From assembly GCF_009914755.1 (NCBI RefSeq), contig NC_060948.1: a stretch of 64,000 nt of DNA, one strand, 5' to 3'. How positions within the stretch are numbered: the first letter of the stretch is position 1; every line of letters begins with the position of its first letter. The stretch is from the human T2T-CHM13v2.0 reference genome, Homo sapiens. The position numbers and the translations under genes are program-made. Under the pieces are notes generated by a model that searched no databases, had not been told where the DNA came from, and saw only the letters and a program-made list of their open reading frames with translations. Below, in pieces: positions 30,990 to 57,689 of the stretch.

Positions 30990-32165
30990 ATTTTTATTTG
31001 AGGTACAAGGGACCATGTGAAAGTTTATCATGGGGGTTTGTTGTATAGATTATTTCTTTACCCAGGTATTAGCCACCAGTACCCAATAGTTATCTTTTCT
31101 GCTCATCTCCCTTCTCCCACCCTCTACCTTCAAGTGGACCCTACTTTCATTCTTCGTGTGAAGAAGTTCTCATCATTTACCTCCCACTTATAAGTGAGAA
31201 CATGTAGTATTTGGTTTTCTGCTCTTACATTAGTTTGCTTAGGATAATGGCCTCCAGCTCCAACCATGTTCCTGCAAAGGACATGAACTCATCCTTTTTT
31301 ATGGCTGCATAGTATTCCATGGTGTCTATGTGCTACATTTTCTTTTTTTAATTTTTTTTATTTTTTTATGATTATACGTTAAGTTCTAGGGTACCTGTGC
31401 ACAATGTGCAGGTTTGTTACATATGTATACATGTGCCATGTTGGTGTGCTGCACCCATTAACTGGTCATTTACATTAGGTATTTCTCCTAATGCTATCCC
31501 TCCCCCCTCCTTCCACCCCACGACAGGCCCTGGTGTGTGATATTCCCCTTCCTGTGTCCATGTGTTCTCATTGTTCAACTCCCACCTATGAGTGAGAACA
31601 TGCGGTGTTTGGTTTTTTGTCCTTGCGATAGTTTGCTGAGAATGATGGTTTCCAGCTTCATCTGTGTTCCTGCAAAGGACATGATCTCATCCTTTTTTAT
31701 GGCTGTATAGTATTCCATGGTGTATATGTGCCACATTTGCTTTGTGCAGTCTATCATTGATGGGCATTTAGGTGTATTCCATGTCTTTGCTATTGTGAGT
31801 AGTGCTGCAGTGAACCTATGCATGCACGTGTCTTTTTTTTGTTTTTTAGACAGAGTCTTGTGGTGTGATCTCAGCTCACTGCAACCTCTGCCTCCCGGGT
31901 TCAAGCGATTCTTTTGCCTCTGCCTCCTGAGTAGCTGGGATTACAGGCGCCCATGACCACGCCTGGCTAATTTTTGTATTTTTAGTAGAAATGGGGTTTT
32001 ACCATGTTGTCCAGATGGCCTTGATCTCCTGACCTCGTGACCTGCCTGGCTCAGCCTTCCAAAACCATGCCCGGCCTTGCACGTGTCTTTATAATAGAAT
32101 GATTTATATTCCTCTGGTTATAGACCCAGTCATGGGATGGCTGGGTCAAATGGTTGTTCTCTTTT
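30990..32165 (-). mobile_element. Older L1PA 3' end with a younger L1PA 3' end (from ~31345) and an Alu (31835-32077) inserted
   Basis: Two successive L1 3' UTRs, each with its own T-tract. Confidence 0.8.
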
Positions 32166-32247
32166 CAAAATGCTTAGATTTAAAAAATTTGACTCTCACC
32201 ATTCATTGCAATGAAACCTGCAAATGTGTCCTTAAAATAAATAAATA

Positions 32248-32790
<543 letters not shown>

Positions 32791-32989
32791 GTCTTTCATT
32801 GACTTCTCTGCAATGGGGCTATAGAGTTCTAACATTTGTAGAGATAGTTTCTTCAGTAAATTGGTTATGTGGCAGCCAGATGTTAGCTACTGGTTGACTT
32901 GGGCAATCATTAATTAATAATAACCTTCATCTATTTTATTTATGTATATATGCACACATATACAAACCCATATAGTGGATGCAGTATGT

Positions 32990-34860
32990 GGTAGGTTTGT
33001 TAGATGGTGTCTCTCTGTCCATCTCTCTCTCTCCATGTATGTCTATGTGTGTGTGTATAGACAGATGGTAGATAGATAGATAGATAGATAATAGGTATGG
33101 GTGGGCAGATGATAGGTAGATAATAGATAGATGAATAGATAGGTACATACATAGATGGACGTATAGATGGATGATAGATACATACATAGATGAATAGATA
33201 GATGATAGATGGACAGATGATGATAGGTAGGTAGATAGATATGGGTAGGTAGATGATAGGTAGATAATAGATGGATGACTAGATACATACATAGATGGAC
33301 TTATAGATGGATAATAGATACATACACAGGTGAATAGATGATAGATGGGTGGATAGATGATAGGTAGATAGATATATAGATAAATAGATATGGGTGGATA
33401 GATGATAGGTAGCTAATAGATGGATGAATAGATAGATACATACATACATAGATGGACTTATAGATGGATGATAGATACATGGATGAATAGATAGATGATG
33501 GATACATAGATGATGATAGGTAGGTAGATATGGGTGAGTAGATGATAGGTAGATAATAGATGGATGAATAGATAGATACATAGATAGATGGACTTATAGG
33601 ATGATAGATACATACATAGATGAATAGATAGATGATAGATGGATACATAGATGATAGACAGATGACAGATATTGGTGGGTAGATGATAGGTAGATAATAG
33701 ACGGATGAATAGATAGATACATAGATGGACTTATAGATGGATGATAGATACATACATAGATCAATAGATAGATGATAGATGGATACATAGATGATGATAG
33801 ATACATACATGCATACATACATACATAGACAGCTATAGATAAATGATAGATGACGTGTCTATCTATATTTCTATGTATCTATGTTCTCATCCATCCACCA
33901 ATCCATCCGTCCCTCCATCCATCTGCACACATATGTAGTCATGCACCACATAATAACATTTCAGTCCATGATGGACAACATATACAATGGTAGTCCCATA
34001 ACATTACAATATGGTAGTTTTCCTGTACCCTGTTCTATGTCTAGGTATGTTTAGATACATAATTACTTATTGTTGTGTTACAATTGCCTACAGTATTCAA
34101 TACAGTCACATGCTGCCCAGGTTTGCAACCTAGGAGCAATAGGCCATATTGTGTAGCCTAGGTGTAGAGTAGGCTGTACTATCTAGGTTTGTGTAAGTGC
34201 ACTCTCTGATGCACATACAAGAATGAAATCATGTCATCATGCATTTCGTAGAATCTATCCAAGTGACCCATGACATGTCTGTAATGACTGTATATGGTAG
34301 ATGAGGTATCTATCTATATATATATCTGTCATAATCATCTATCTATCCCATCCATCTATTCATCCATCCTTCCATCCATCCATTGATCTATCCATTCAAC
34401 CATCCATCCATTCATGTATCCATCCATCCATCCATTTATTCATCTACCCACCTTGTCTATGCAATCTCATCCATCTACCTACCTTGACTATCTATCTATT
34501 TATCCATCCATCCATCCAACCATCCATTTATCCATCTACTCACCCTGCTATCTATCTACTGATGTATGTGTATGTATGTATGTATCTATCTAGTTATCTA
34601 GCTATCTAATCTATCCATCTGCCCACCCATCCAATCAACCATCCATACGTCTGTCTGTCCATCCATCCATCCATCCACTCACTCTCTCTCTCCATCTCTA
34701 TTCAAGCTCATCAGTCTATCCATTCATCTACCCACCCACCCTACCTGCCTGTCTATGTATCTATGTATGTATGTATGTATGTGCATATCTGTCTATCCAT
34801 ACATCCATCCATTAATCCATCCACTTACCCTGCCTGCCTGCCTCTCTTTCTCTCTCTGGT
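32990..34860. repeat. (GATA/GGAT)n tract switching to (TATC/ATCC)n at ~33854
   Basis: Strand polarity of the tetranucleotide tract flips at GATAGA-tgacgtg-TCTATC. Confidence 0.9.
33936..34290. mobile_element. Tigger3a (MER7-type) DNA transposon
   Basis: AGTCATGCACCACATAATAAC start; CCTAGGAGCAATAGGC...TAGCCTAGGTGTAG core. Confidence 0.8.
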
Positions 34861-35143
34861 AGATAAAAGTTACAATTAATTAATGATTTTCAAAGTAACC
34901 AGTAGCTGAAATCTGGCTGCTATATGACTGGCTCACTGAAGAAAGTATCTCTAAGTCAGAATATTAGAACTCTATTGCTCCAGAGCACTTAATGAAAGAA
35001 GATATATTTCTGAAGTTAATTTATTTTTTACCAGAGGTGATTTTTTTGGGGACTTTTAAATGGAAGAGGGTTTGAATATATTGCAGAGATCAATACATTC
35101 TTATTTGCCTTTCCATAAATTAGAAGACAATAAAGTTACTGAT

Positions 35144-35570
35144 TGTGAGGTGCAGAATAGTGCTCCCCCATACCCTCTCAAAACAGTCTGCATCTTCATC
35201 CCTGGAATCTGCAAGGACGTGACGTGGCAAAGACGAATGAAGGTGGCAGATGGAATTAAGGTTTCTAATTAGGCAATCTTAAAATAGATTATCCTGATTC
35301 TCTGGGGAGAGCCTAATGTCATCACAGACATCATTATCAGTGGAAAAGGGAGGCAGGGGAGACAGAACGAGAGGGACTGCAGAGTGAGAAAGAGCACTCG
35401 TGGCTGGCTTTGCTGATGGAGGAAGGGGCCACTGGATACAGGTGGCTTCTAGAAATGGAATCGGCAAGATTTTCCCCTCGAGTTTTGAGGGCAGCATAGC
35501 CCTGCTGACACCTCAGTTTCAGTCCACTGCACTTTTGATCTCCCAAACTATCAGATACTACATTTGTGTG
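35144..35570 (+). mobile_element. MLT1D-like MaLR LTR
   Basis: GCAGATGGAATTAAGGTT...GATTATCCTG...TGGCTGGCTTTGCTGATGGAGGAAGGGGCCA...GCCCTGCTGACACCT. Confidence 0.75.
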
Positions 35571-35874
35571 TGTGTCTTTGTTTGTTTATTTAAGACAGAG
35601 TCTCACTATGATTCCCAGGCTGGAGTGCAGTGGCGAGATGTTGGCTCTTTGCAACCTCTGCCTTCCGGGTTCAAGCGATTCTTCTGCCCCAGCCGCTTGA
35701 GTTGCTAGGACTACAGACACCCATCACCATGCCTGGCTAATTTATATATATTTATTTTTTAACAGTGACGGGATTTCACCATGTTGGCTGGTGTCGAACT
35801 CCTGACCTCAAGTGATCCACCCACCTCAGCCTCCTAAAGTGCTGGGATTACAGGTATGAAACACTGTGCCTGGC

Positions 35875-37253
35875 TGTAAAATGTTTCTTATCGGACCTAA
35901 AAGGGTGCCTGGCTCTTAGTTGATTATCTGCTGGTCCTGGAAAGGAAGGAGAAAAAAAGGCAGGGGAAAGGGGATTCTCTGTAGAATGTGGATTTTTTTT
36001 TTTTTTTTTCCCTGCAAGGGACGGCTTGTGAGTTTGAAGGTCTGAGACCCAGGAGAGCTGAGGGTGTCAGCTCCAGTCTGAGTCTGAAGGTGTGAATTCT
36101 AGTGTGAGTCAGAAGGCCTGAGACCCAGGAGAGCCAATGGTGTGAGTTCCAGTCTGAGTCTGAAGTCCTGAGACCCAGGAGAGCTGAGGGTGTGAGTTTA
36201 TGTTTATAAACATACGTATGCATGTGTCTTTATAGCAGCATGATTTATAATCCTTTGGGTATATAACCAGTAATGGGATGGCTGGGTCAAATGGTATTTC
36301 TAGTTCTAGATCCCTGAGGAATCACCACACTGACTTCCACAATGGTTGAACTAGTTTACAGTCCCACCAACAGTGTAAAAGTGTTCCTATTTCTCCACAT
36401 CCTCTCCAGCACCTGTTGTTTCCTGACTTTTTAATGATTGCCATTCTAACTGGTGTGAGATGGTATCTCATTGTGGTTTTGGTTTGCATTTCTCTGATGG
36501 CCAGCAATGATGAGCATTTTTTCATGTGTCTTTTGGCTGCATAGATGTCTTCTTTTGAGAAGTGTCTGTTCATGTCCTTTGTATGTTTATTGTGGCACTA
36601 TTCACAATAGCAAAGACTTGGAACCAACCCAAATGTCCAACAATGATAGACTGGATTAAGAAAATGTGGCACATATACACCATGGAATACTATACAGCCA
36701 TAAAAAATGATGAGTTCATGTCCTTTGTAGGGACATGGATGAAGCTGGAAACCATCTTTGTCAGCAAACTATCGCAAGGACAAAAAACCAAACACCACAT
36801 GTTCTCACTCATAGATGGGAATTGAATAATGAGAACACTTGGACACAGGAAGGGGAACATCACACACCGGGGCCTGTTGTGGGGTGGGAGGAGGGGGGAG
36901 GGATAGCATTAGGAGATAAACCTAATGCTAAATGACCACTTAATGGGTGCAGCACACCAACATGGCACATGTATACAATATGTAACTAACCTGCACGTTG
37001 TACACATGTACCCTAAAACTTAAAGTATAAAAAAAAATATGGCAGAGAAATGTGTTTTGGGGGTAAAATATTTTGATTTTCTTCCTTGCCATGCCAGAGT
37101 CAGATGGGAAAGTAAGTCACGATCTACGGGGTTAAATAAAACCCATCTGATGAGAATGTATTATGGTTTGTATGACATGACTCCCCCCCAGACCCCTTAG
37201 ATAGGAATTTAGGCAAGATTAAAAAAAAAAAAAAATCAGAGCTTCGTCCTCAC
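35875..37253 (-). mobile_element. MER4-family LTR (35875-36027, 37038-37253) split by a 50-mer mini-array (36028-36198) and a 5'-inverted L1PA (36205-37037)
   Basis: LTR end CCCCTTAGATAGGAATTTAGGCAAGAT...AGAGCTTCGTCCTCA; L1 minus segment 36205-36580, then plus segment running to the A-tail. Confidence 0.8.
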
Positions 37254-37727
37254 ACATGAGGCTTCAGTAGGATGTTGTGTTGGTGCCCCAGCCATGTGAT
37301 GGACTCATAGCAAGTCCCAGCTGCTGTGAGTCCTGGCTGCTAATGGCTCCCGGCTATCCCCTCCTCGTCGGAATTTCCCTGGGCTGGTGGATGCCGCTTC
37401 AGCAGAGAAGCCTGGATGGTGAACTGATTTCTCATTAGAGCAGACAGCCCATGACTAATAGGACAGAGCCATGACTCAACCTTCTTCCCCAAACTGGGGC
37501 AGCCTGGGGAGGAGGGGCCGTGCTTTCTCCAGGTTTCCCCGGGGATCTGGCAGGTGCACGTCGGATATCACTTCTAGGGAAGTTGAGCTCAGACAGGTCA
37601 CTTAGGGATCCTGGAGGCTCCGAAAGAGAGGGTGTCTTCCTTCCAGGCAGCTCAGTCTGAGGGATGAGACACTTCCATTGTCTTCCAAGTATGTGAATAT
37701 CCCAGGTATGTGGGAAATGCACGCATA

Positions 37728-39281
<1,554 letters not shown>

Positions 39282-39699
39282 TCATAGACCCTATTCCAAA
39301 AGCTGTCTCATTCCTATTTTGCAGGGGTAAAGAACACAGACATTGCTTGTAACACACTATCCTTCCCTAAACTAATTTCTGCAGACAATCACATTTCCAC
39401 GCGTGTTTTAGTCTGATGTGCTTTCACGTTTTGGGGCTGTTGAAGGCACCCAGGTCTGGGTGAACACCCCCAAAATTCAGCACTTTGCCAGCGTGGGGAA
39501 GAAGAGGGCTGGGAGAGTAAAATCTTGCTTCAGTGTTTGCATGGGGAGATCTTGCACATCCAAGAGAGGAGCAGGTACACTGGCTGTGCACCTGCAGCCC
39601 CACGCTGTCTTCTCTCTCTGTCTCCAGGGTAGGCACTTTGGGGCAGAAGTGGTCAACAGCGCCGGAATCTACCGGTCAGCATCAGGCTTTAAAAGACGC

Positions 39700-40160
39700 C
39701 CTCGTGGCACTGTTGACAACAGCAAAGACTTGGAACCAACCCAAATGCCCATCAATGATAGACTGGATTAAGAAAATGTGGCACATACACACCATGGAAT
39801 ACTATGCAGCCATAAAAAAGGACGAGTTCATGTCCTTTGCAGGGACATGGATGAAGCTGGAAACCATCATTCTCGGCAAACTCACACAAGAACAGAAACC
39901 CAAACACCACATGTTCTCACTCATAGGTGGGAGTTGAACAATGAGAACACATGGACACAGGGAGGGGAACAGCACACACCGGGGCCTGTCAGGGGGTGAG
40001 GGGCTAGGGGAGGTATAGCATTAGGAGAAATACCTAATGTAGATGACGGGTTGATGGGTGCAGCAAACCACTGTGGCACGTGCATACCTATGTAACAAAC
40101 CTGCACGTTCTGCACATGTACCCCAGAACTTAAAGTATAATAGTAATAATAAAAATAAAC
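39700..40160 (+). mobile_element. L1PA 3' fragment
   Basis: [21 protein letters not shown]...; 3' UTR and A-rich tail. Confidence 0.9.
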
Positions 40161-40170
40161 AACCCCCTGG

Positions 40171-46195
<6,025 letters not shown>

Positions 46196-46843
46196 TAGCT
46201 AACTGCAGCCTCAAACTCCTGGGCTCAAGCAATCCTCCCACCTCAGCCTCTCAAGTAGCTGGGACCATAGGCATGAGCCACCATGCCTGGCTAAATTTTT
46301 AAAATTTTTGTAGAGACAGAGTTTCCCTATATGTTGCCCAGGCTGGTCTCAAACTCCTGGCCTCCAGTGATCCTTCCATCTCAACCTCCCAAAGTGCTGG
46401 GATTACAGGCATGAGCCACCCTGCCTGGCCTATTACCTTCTTGTTTATCAAGTTACTTCTTTATATCTGAGGCTAGCTAGATACCTGGAATTTTCCATGT
46501 AGAAACTCAAGATTTTCCTTTATTTTCACACGTGAGTTCTGCAGGCCCCTAAAAAGAAGGGTCTCTGCTCCACCTCAGAGCCATGGTTTATAGAAAGATT
46601 GAGGACAAAACTTGGTGACCAGGACTCGGGCTGAACCTCCAGGCTCCGTGTCTGGGTCTACAGTTTCTCCTACAGCAGAAAGTTGAAGCATCCCTCATAA
46701 ACCTGACTCTGAACTTGGGGCCCCCACGGAGCTGGGAAAAGCAGGCACAAGAATTGGGGGTGGCACTGGCACTTAGACCCAAGACAAGGGGAGTGGGAAC
46801 TCTGAGCTTTGGCCATCATGCTTTGTTCTAAATTTCTTCCTGA

Positions 46844-47223
<380 letters not shown>

Positions 47224-47354
47224 CTAAATAAGTCTTCCCTTCCTTAACCAATTACAAATCAGAAACATCTTTGAATCTACCTATGACCCATAAGCCCTCA
47301 CTTCAAGACATCTCACCGTTTTAGATTTAAACAGATGTATAACTTGCATGTATT

Positions 47355-49043
<1,689 letters not shown>

Positions 49044-49046
49044 TGA

Positions 49047-49475
<429 letters not shown>

Positions 49476-49500
49476 TAGGTAATTTTTATATTTTCTGTAG

Positions 49501-51214
<1,714 letters not shown>

Positions 51215-51394
51215 TGTAGTTAACTTTCCTTCTCCAAAGCTCTTGGCAGAATTCCAGGTAACTTATTTTATCCTAATGAAATAGACGACATAGCCCTTTG
51301 ATGTTTGTATTGACTCCTGTCTCCCAGTGGAGAAAAATCACGAGGAAAAGAAAAGACAAAAATATTTACCCTTTAGGGTTCCCTTCATGTATCA

Positions 51395-51769
<375 letters not shown>

Positions 51770-52415
51770 TCAATCAGATGTTTCCAATGATAACGAAAAA
51801 GCGACATCCACTGTTCACCTCGTGTTCACTCACCAGCTCACTCAACCCAAAGCACCGTCGTTTCTCAGGACGCACCATCCCATCATTTTTCCCGTAATTT
51901 CTCCGGTTAGTGTTGATTCGTGCTGTTAACATGCAAACCCACCTTACGTTCCTGCTTTACGGTTATGAATTGCAGTCTCGCTGTTCTTGGAAGGGACTTC
52001 CAGCCTGGAAAGAAAAGGGAGGGGTAAGAGAGCATCTGTGGATCTTCCTGGCATATTCCTTCTCCTACAAGGTGAGCTCAAGAGCACAGAGCTTATCTCC
52101 ACACAAGCAAACTCCCACTCTTCCTGTCATTGAACATAAGGAAGAAACAGGATTCTCCTCTTTTCTCAGTTGCATAAGCAAATCCTTATGCAAACATCTG
52201 AAGAGACATCAGAGAATCTTTGCCCATGCCAGATGCCCTTCGGGGGACAGTCTGCGTCTGCTTTGCTTGGAGTAGCACAGGAGCTTGATGTGCCTGTGGA
52301 GAAGAGCATTGAGAGCTTGTTGGAAGGAAAATTGGTCCTGAAACTGCACAGGGCTACCCTAGGATTGGCTTATCAGGGGAGGCATATGTCCTGGTCCTGT
52401 AGGTCACAATCCTAG

Positions 52416-53678
<1,263 letters not shown>

Positions 53679-53949
53679 CTACGTTCCAGGGATTACGGCA
53701 TGAACATACTGTTTTCAGGACCCTATCTAGCCCACCATGGTAAGGAAACACCCAACAAACATCATGCTTATTAAGTTTCCAGGCAGGTGCCTCTCTATCC
53801 CAGCTTCATTGTTGTGTTCTTTTCTTCACAAGTATTTTCAGAGCGCCCTTGGCCATCTGGAAGATGCATGGTGAAAGAAACGGATGCTTGCTCTCAGCAC
53901 ACACTTCCTTCCCTGACAGTTTGTCGCCTAGCAGCTATTTTGGCTTCCC

Positions 53950-54855
53950 AAGGGAAATCTTGTCCTTTGCCCTTGTGGGGCTTACTGCAAATCAACTCAT
54001 CATGAGGAAGATTAATCAGAGAAAAGACATACAATTTTTTTTTTTTAAACTGTGAGCATGAAGAGAATCACAGAGTATATACTCAATCTCCCAATGGGGG
54101 CAAAATACTTCTGTAACCTCCTTTCAGGTGGTGAGAGGGGACATGGGAATGTAGGTAATTCTGTTGAGCGGTAATAAGTGATGACTAGGAAGATTGAATG
54201 GATACTTGGGAGAATGAATAGGGGGAGGAAACAGAGATTGACTTATTAATGGTTCTCTTTGGAAATTAAATACTCCTTGGAGACCAGTCATTACTTTGTA
54301 AAAAAGTCTGTTTGAGCGGGCTTACATCTTAACGTTCTTTCCTGTAGTCAAGAAGAAGATCCCAGGGAGGGAGGGAAAGTGAATTGTAATAATCCCGACA
54401 TGTTCAGGGAGGGACCCTGTGGGAGGTCATTGAATGATGGGGGGCAGGTGCTTCCTGTGTTGTTCTTATGATAGTGATTAAGTCTCACAGGATCTGATGG
54501 TTTTATAAAGCCAGGTTCCGCTGCACATGCCCTCTTGCCTGCCGCCATGGAAGATGTGCTTTTTCTCCTCCTTTGCCTTCCGCCATGATTGTGAGTCTTC
54601 CCCAGCCATGTGGAACTGTGAGTCCATTAAACCTGTTTCCTTTATACATTACCTAGTCTTGGATATGTCTTCATTAGCAGCGTGAGAACAGACTAATACA
54701 GAACGGAAAAAAAAAATGTTTTACTTGGTGGATGTCTCTGGTTTTTATGTCAATGGGGAAAAGTCCCTTCCAAGGTCTTTTAATCTTTAAGGGTTTTTAA
54801 TTTAAAATATTCGTTTTGCAAAGGAGCCATATTTTGGGGTGAAATTATCTGTACA
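53950..54855 (-). mobile_element. MER34-family-like LTR with a THE1-type LTR inserted on the plus strand (54379-54699)
   Basis: GGAGCCATATTTTGGGGTGAAATT end; THE1 CCATGATTGTGAG...CCCAGCCATGTGGAACTGTGAGTCCATTAAACC...CAGACTAATACA. Confidence 0.7.
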
Positions 54856-55027
54856 GAGCCAGTAATTCATCACAGAGGAGATAATTCTGTTTTATCAGAG
54901 ACTGACCAAGAGCTATGTTGATCTTGTGAATTTGGGAGATTACCCTTTGCTCAGCTGATGTTCAAGGAAGGCAACGGCTTTGGGAAAAAGTTCAATATGT
55001 ATCCGTGAAACTGCTAACCTTTGGGAG

Positions 55028-55462
55028 TTACCGTAGTTTGGATATGGGTTATTTGTTCCCACCAAATGTCATGTTGAAATTTGATCTCCAGTGTTGGAGG
55101 TGGGGGTAGTGGGAGATGTTTGGGTCCTGAGGGTGGTTCCCTCCTGAATAGATTAATGCCCTCCCTCAGGGCTGAGTGAGTTCTCACTCTATCAATTCCC
55201 TCAAGAAATGCTTGTCAGAAGAGTCTGGCACCTCCAACCCGTCTCTCTTTCTTCCTGTGTCTCCGTGTGATCTCTACACACTGGCTCCCCTCTGCCTTCC
55301 GTCATGAGTGGAAGCTCCTTGAGGTCCTCAAGATCCTTCTTGAGAAGAAGATGCTGGTGCTAAGCTTCTTGTACAGCCTACAGAACTGTGAGCCAAATGA
55401 ACTACTTTATAAAATACCCAGCCTCAGGTGTTCCTTTCTGGCAACATAAAATGGACTAAGAC
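55028..55462 (+). mobile_element. MSTB-like MaLR LTR
   Basis: TAGTTTGGATATG...CATGTTGAAATTTGATC...GAATAGATTAATGCCCT...AATGGACTAAGACA. Confidence 0.8.
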
Positions 55463-55499
55463 AGGGCCCCATACTCATAGCTACCTTTTCATGTAGGGC

Positions 55500-56990
55500 T
55501 GAAATGAGGAGAGGAGGACACAGACACACACAGATGGAAGACCCTGTGAGTTCTCAGGGAGAAGATGGCATCTACAAGCCAAGGAGAGAGGCTGCAGGAG
55601 GAAGCAGCCCTGCAATGCCTTGATCTCAGACTTCCAGCCTCCAGAACTCTGGGAAATAAATACCTATTGTTTAAACGACCTGGTCTGTGGTCCTTTGTAA
55701 TGGCGGCCTTAGCCAACTAATATACTCCTCAAAAGCCTGACACATATGCTCATTTGGAGATTTGGGAGATGTGCTTGGAAATGACATGATTGAAAGTCTA
55801 CCAGGCATTTCACATCAATCGTTCCGTCATCCTCTCCAAACCTCGGGGATGGCTTGTCTTTCTCTCTTGTAAAAATCACTTCTCCCTTCTGACCACATAA
55901 ATATTCCAGACAACAGACTCTTCGGAAACAAGTGCTCACACTTCGGTCCTCTGTTAACTCTCTTCCTAAAGACACCAGACACTGGGGGAGAGATCGGGGC
56001 TGGAGGGGTGACTGACCGACAAAAGCGAGACTGTAGGAGCAGAGACATGTCGGATGGGTTTTACAGGTTTCCTGGAGCAACAGCTCTTATTCTGGGCTCC
56101 TGGGGTTGCCAACTGCCTGTTATGGGCCAAATTGTGTCCGTCTCCAATTTTATACATGGAAGTCTTGATCCCCAGGACTTCAGACTGTGACTGTGTTTGG
56201 AGATGGGGTCTTTAAAGAGGTGATTAAGGCACAATGAGGTTATTAGGGTGAGCCCTGCTCCTATAGCTATGGTATCTTTACAAGAAAAGGAGATGAGGAC
56301 ACAAACACACACAGAGGGATGACCCTGTGAGGACACAGGGAGAAGACAGTGTCTCCAAGCCCAGGAGAGAGGCCTCAGGAGGAACCAGCCCTGCCCACAC
56401 CTGGATCTCAGACTTCCAGCCTCTAGGACTGTGGGAGAATCAATGTCTGTTGTTTATAAGCCACCGAGTCTATGATATTCTGTGATAGCAGCCTGAAATG
56501 GACTAAGACATCCCATAAGAAGAAGAGACGAGGACACAGACACACACACAGGGATGACCCTGTGAGGACACAGGGAGAAGACAGTGTCTCCAAGCCCAGG
56601 AGAGAGGCCTCAGGAGGAACCAGCCCTGCCCTCACCTGGATCTGGGACTTCCAGCCTCCAAGACTTGGGAGAATCAATGTCTGTTGTTTATAAGCCACTA
56701 AGTCTATGGTATTCTGTGCTAGCAGCCTGAAATGGACTAAGACATCCCATAAGCAGAGGAGATGAAGATTCAGACGCACACAGAGGGACGACCCTGTGAG
56801 AACACAGGGAGAAGACAGTGTCTACAACCCCAGGAGAGACGCCTCAGGAGGAACCAGCCCTGCCCACACCTTGATCTCAGATTTCTAGCCTCCAGGACTG
56901 TGGGAAATAAGTATATATTGTTTAAGTCACCCAGTCTGTGGTGATTTGTTATGGAGGCTTTAGCCAAGTAATATACTCCTCAAAACCCTA
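55500..56990 (+). repeat. MLT1B-like LTR with its 3' half triplicated (~235-bp period, 56285-56975) plus a detached copy (55500-55735)
   Basis: GACCCTGTGAG at 56321, 56556, 56790 and ~55540. Confidence 0.85.
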
Positions 56991-57689
56991 TTTCTATTGG
57001 GAGATTTCTATTGGAAGGAAGATTCAGAGTGCAAATTTGTAGTATCCCTGCTGATCTATCTCCTAAATGAAACACATCATTCCCAAGCACTTGTCTTTGT
57101 GCGAAGATCCATTTTGCAACCAACCATATATAATGTGTGAGGCCTTTTCACAAGACTGGCTTAATTAAAAATTCACATCCTCCTGACATCTTAAATATAA
57201 GAGCAGTAAGATATGCAGCTTTAACAGTTTGTAGTGGCTGGGATTTTGAGGAGGGATGTTTTGTCGTTAGCTTGGGAAAATAGGTTCTACTGACATCTGT
57301 TCAGCTTAGCTATTATTGTTCTTTTTTGTTACAGAAGTAAAACGGGGAATTTTTTAGAAACACGTCGATTACCTTTGATTTTGTGTCATATACAGAAGGG
57401 AATGTTTTTATTCCTGCAAACCCCATAAAAGCCAGTGATGCATTTTCATAGCCCTCTCTTGGCAGAAAACTGCCTTTGAAATTTCTGGATCAAGAACGTA
57501 TTATTTTCTGATGGCTTTTTTTTTTTTTTTTTCTGGTGATGTATCTCAAAAGCTTCAACTTTTCCCCTCCTGTTAGCAGAATACAGGTGAGTAGTAAAGT
57601 ACGAACCATTTTTTATTTTCTTCTTACAGTAGAATTTTTTCATCGCTTACAAATATAGGTGCCCCTGGCTTCAGAGAATCACACTTTTC

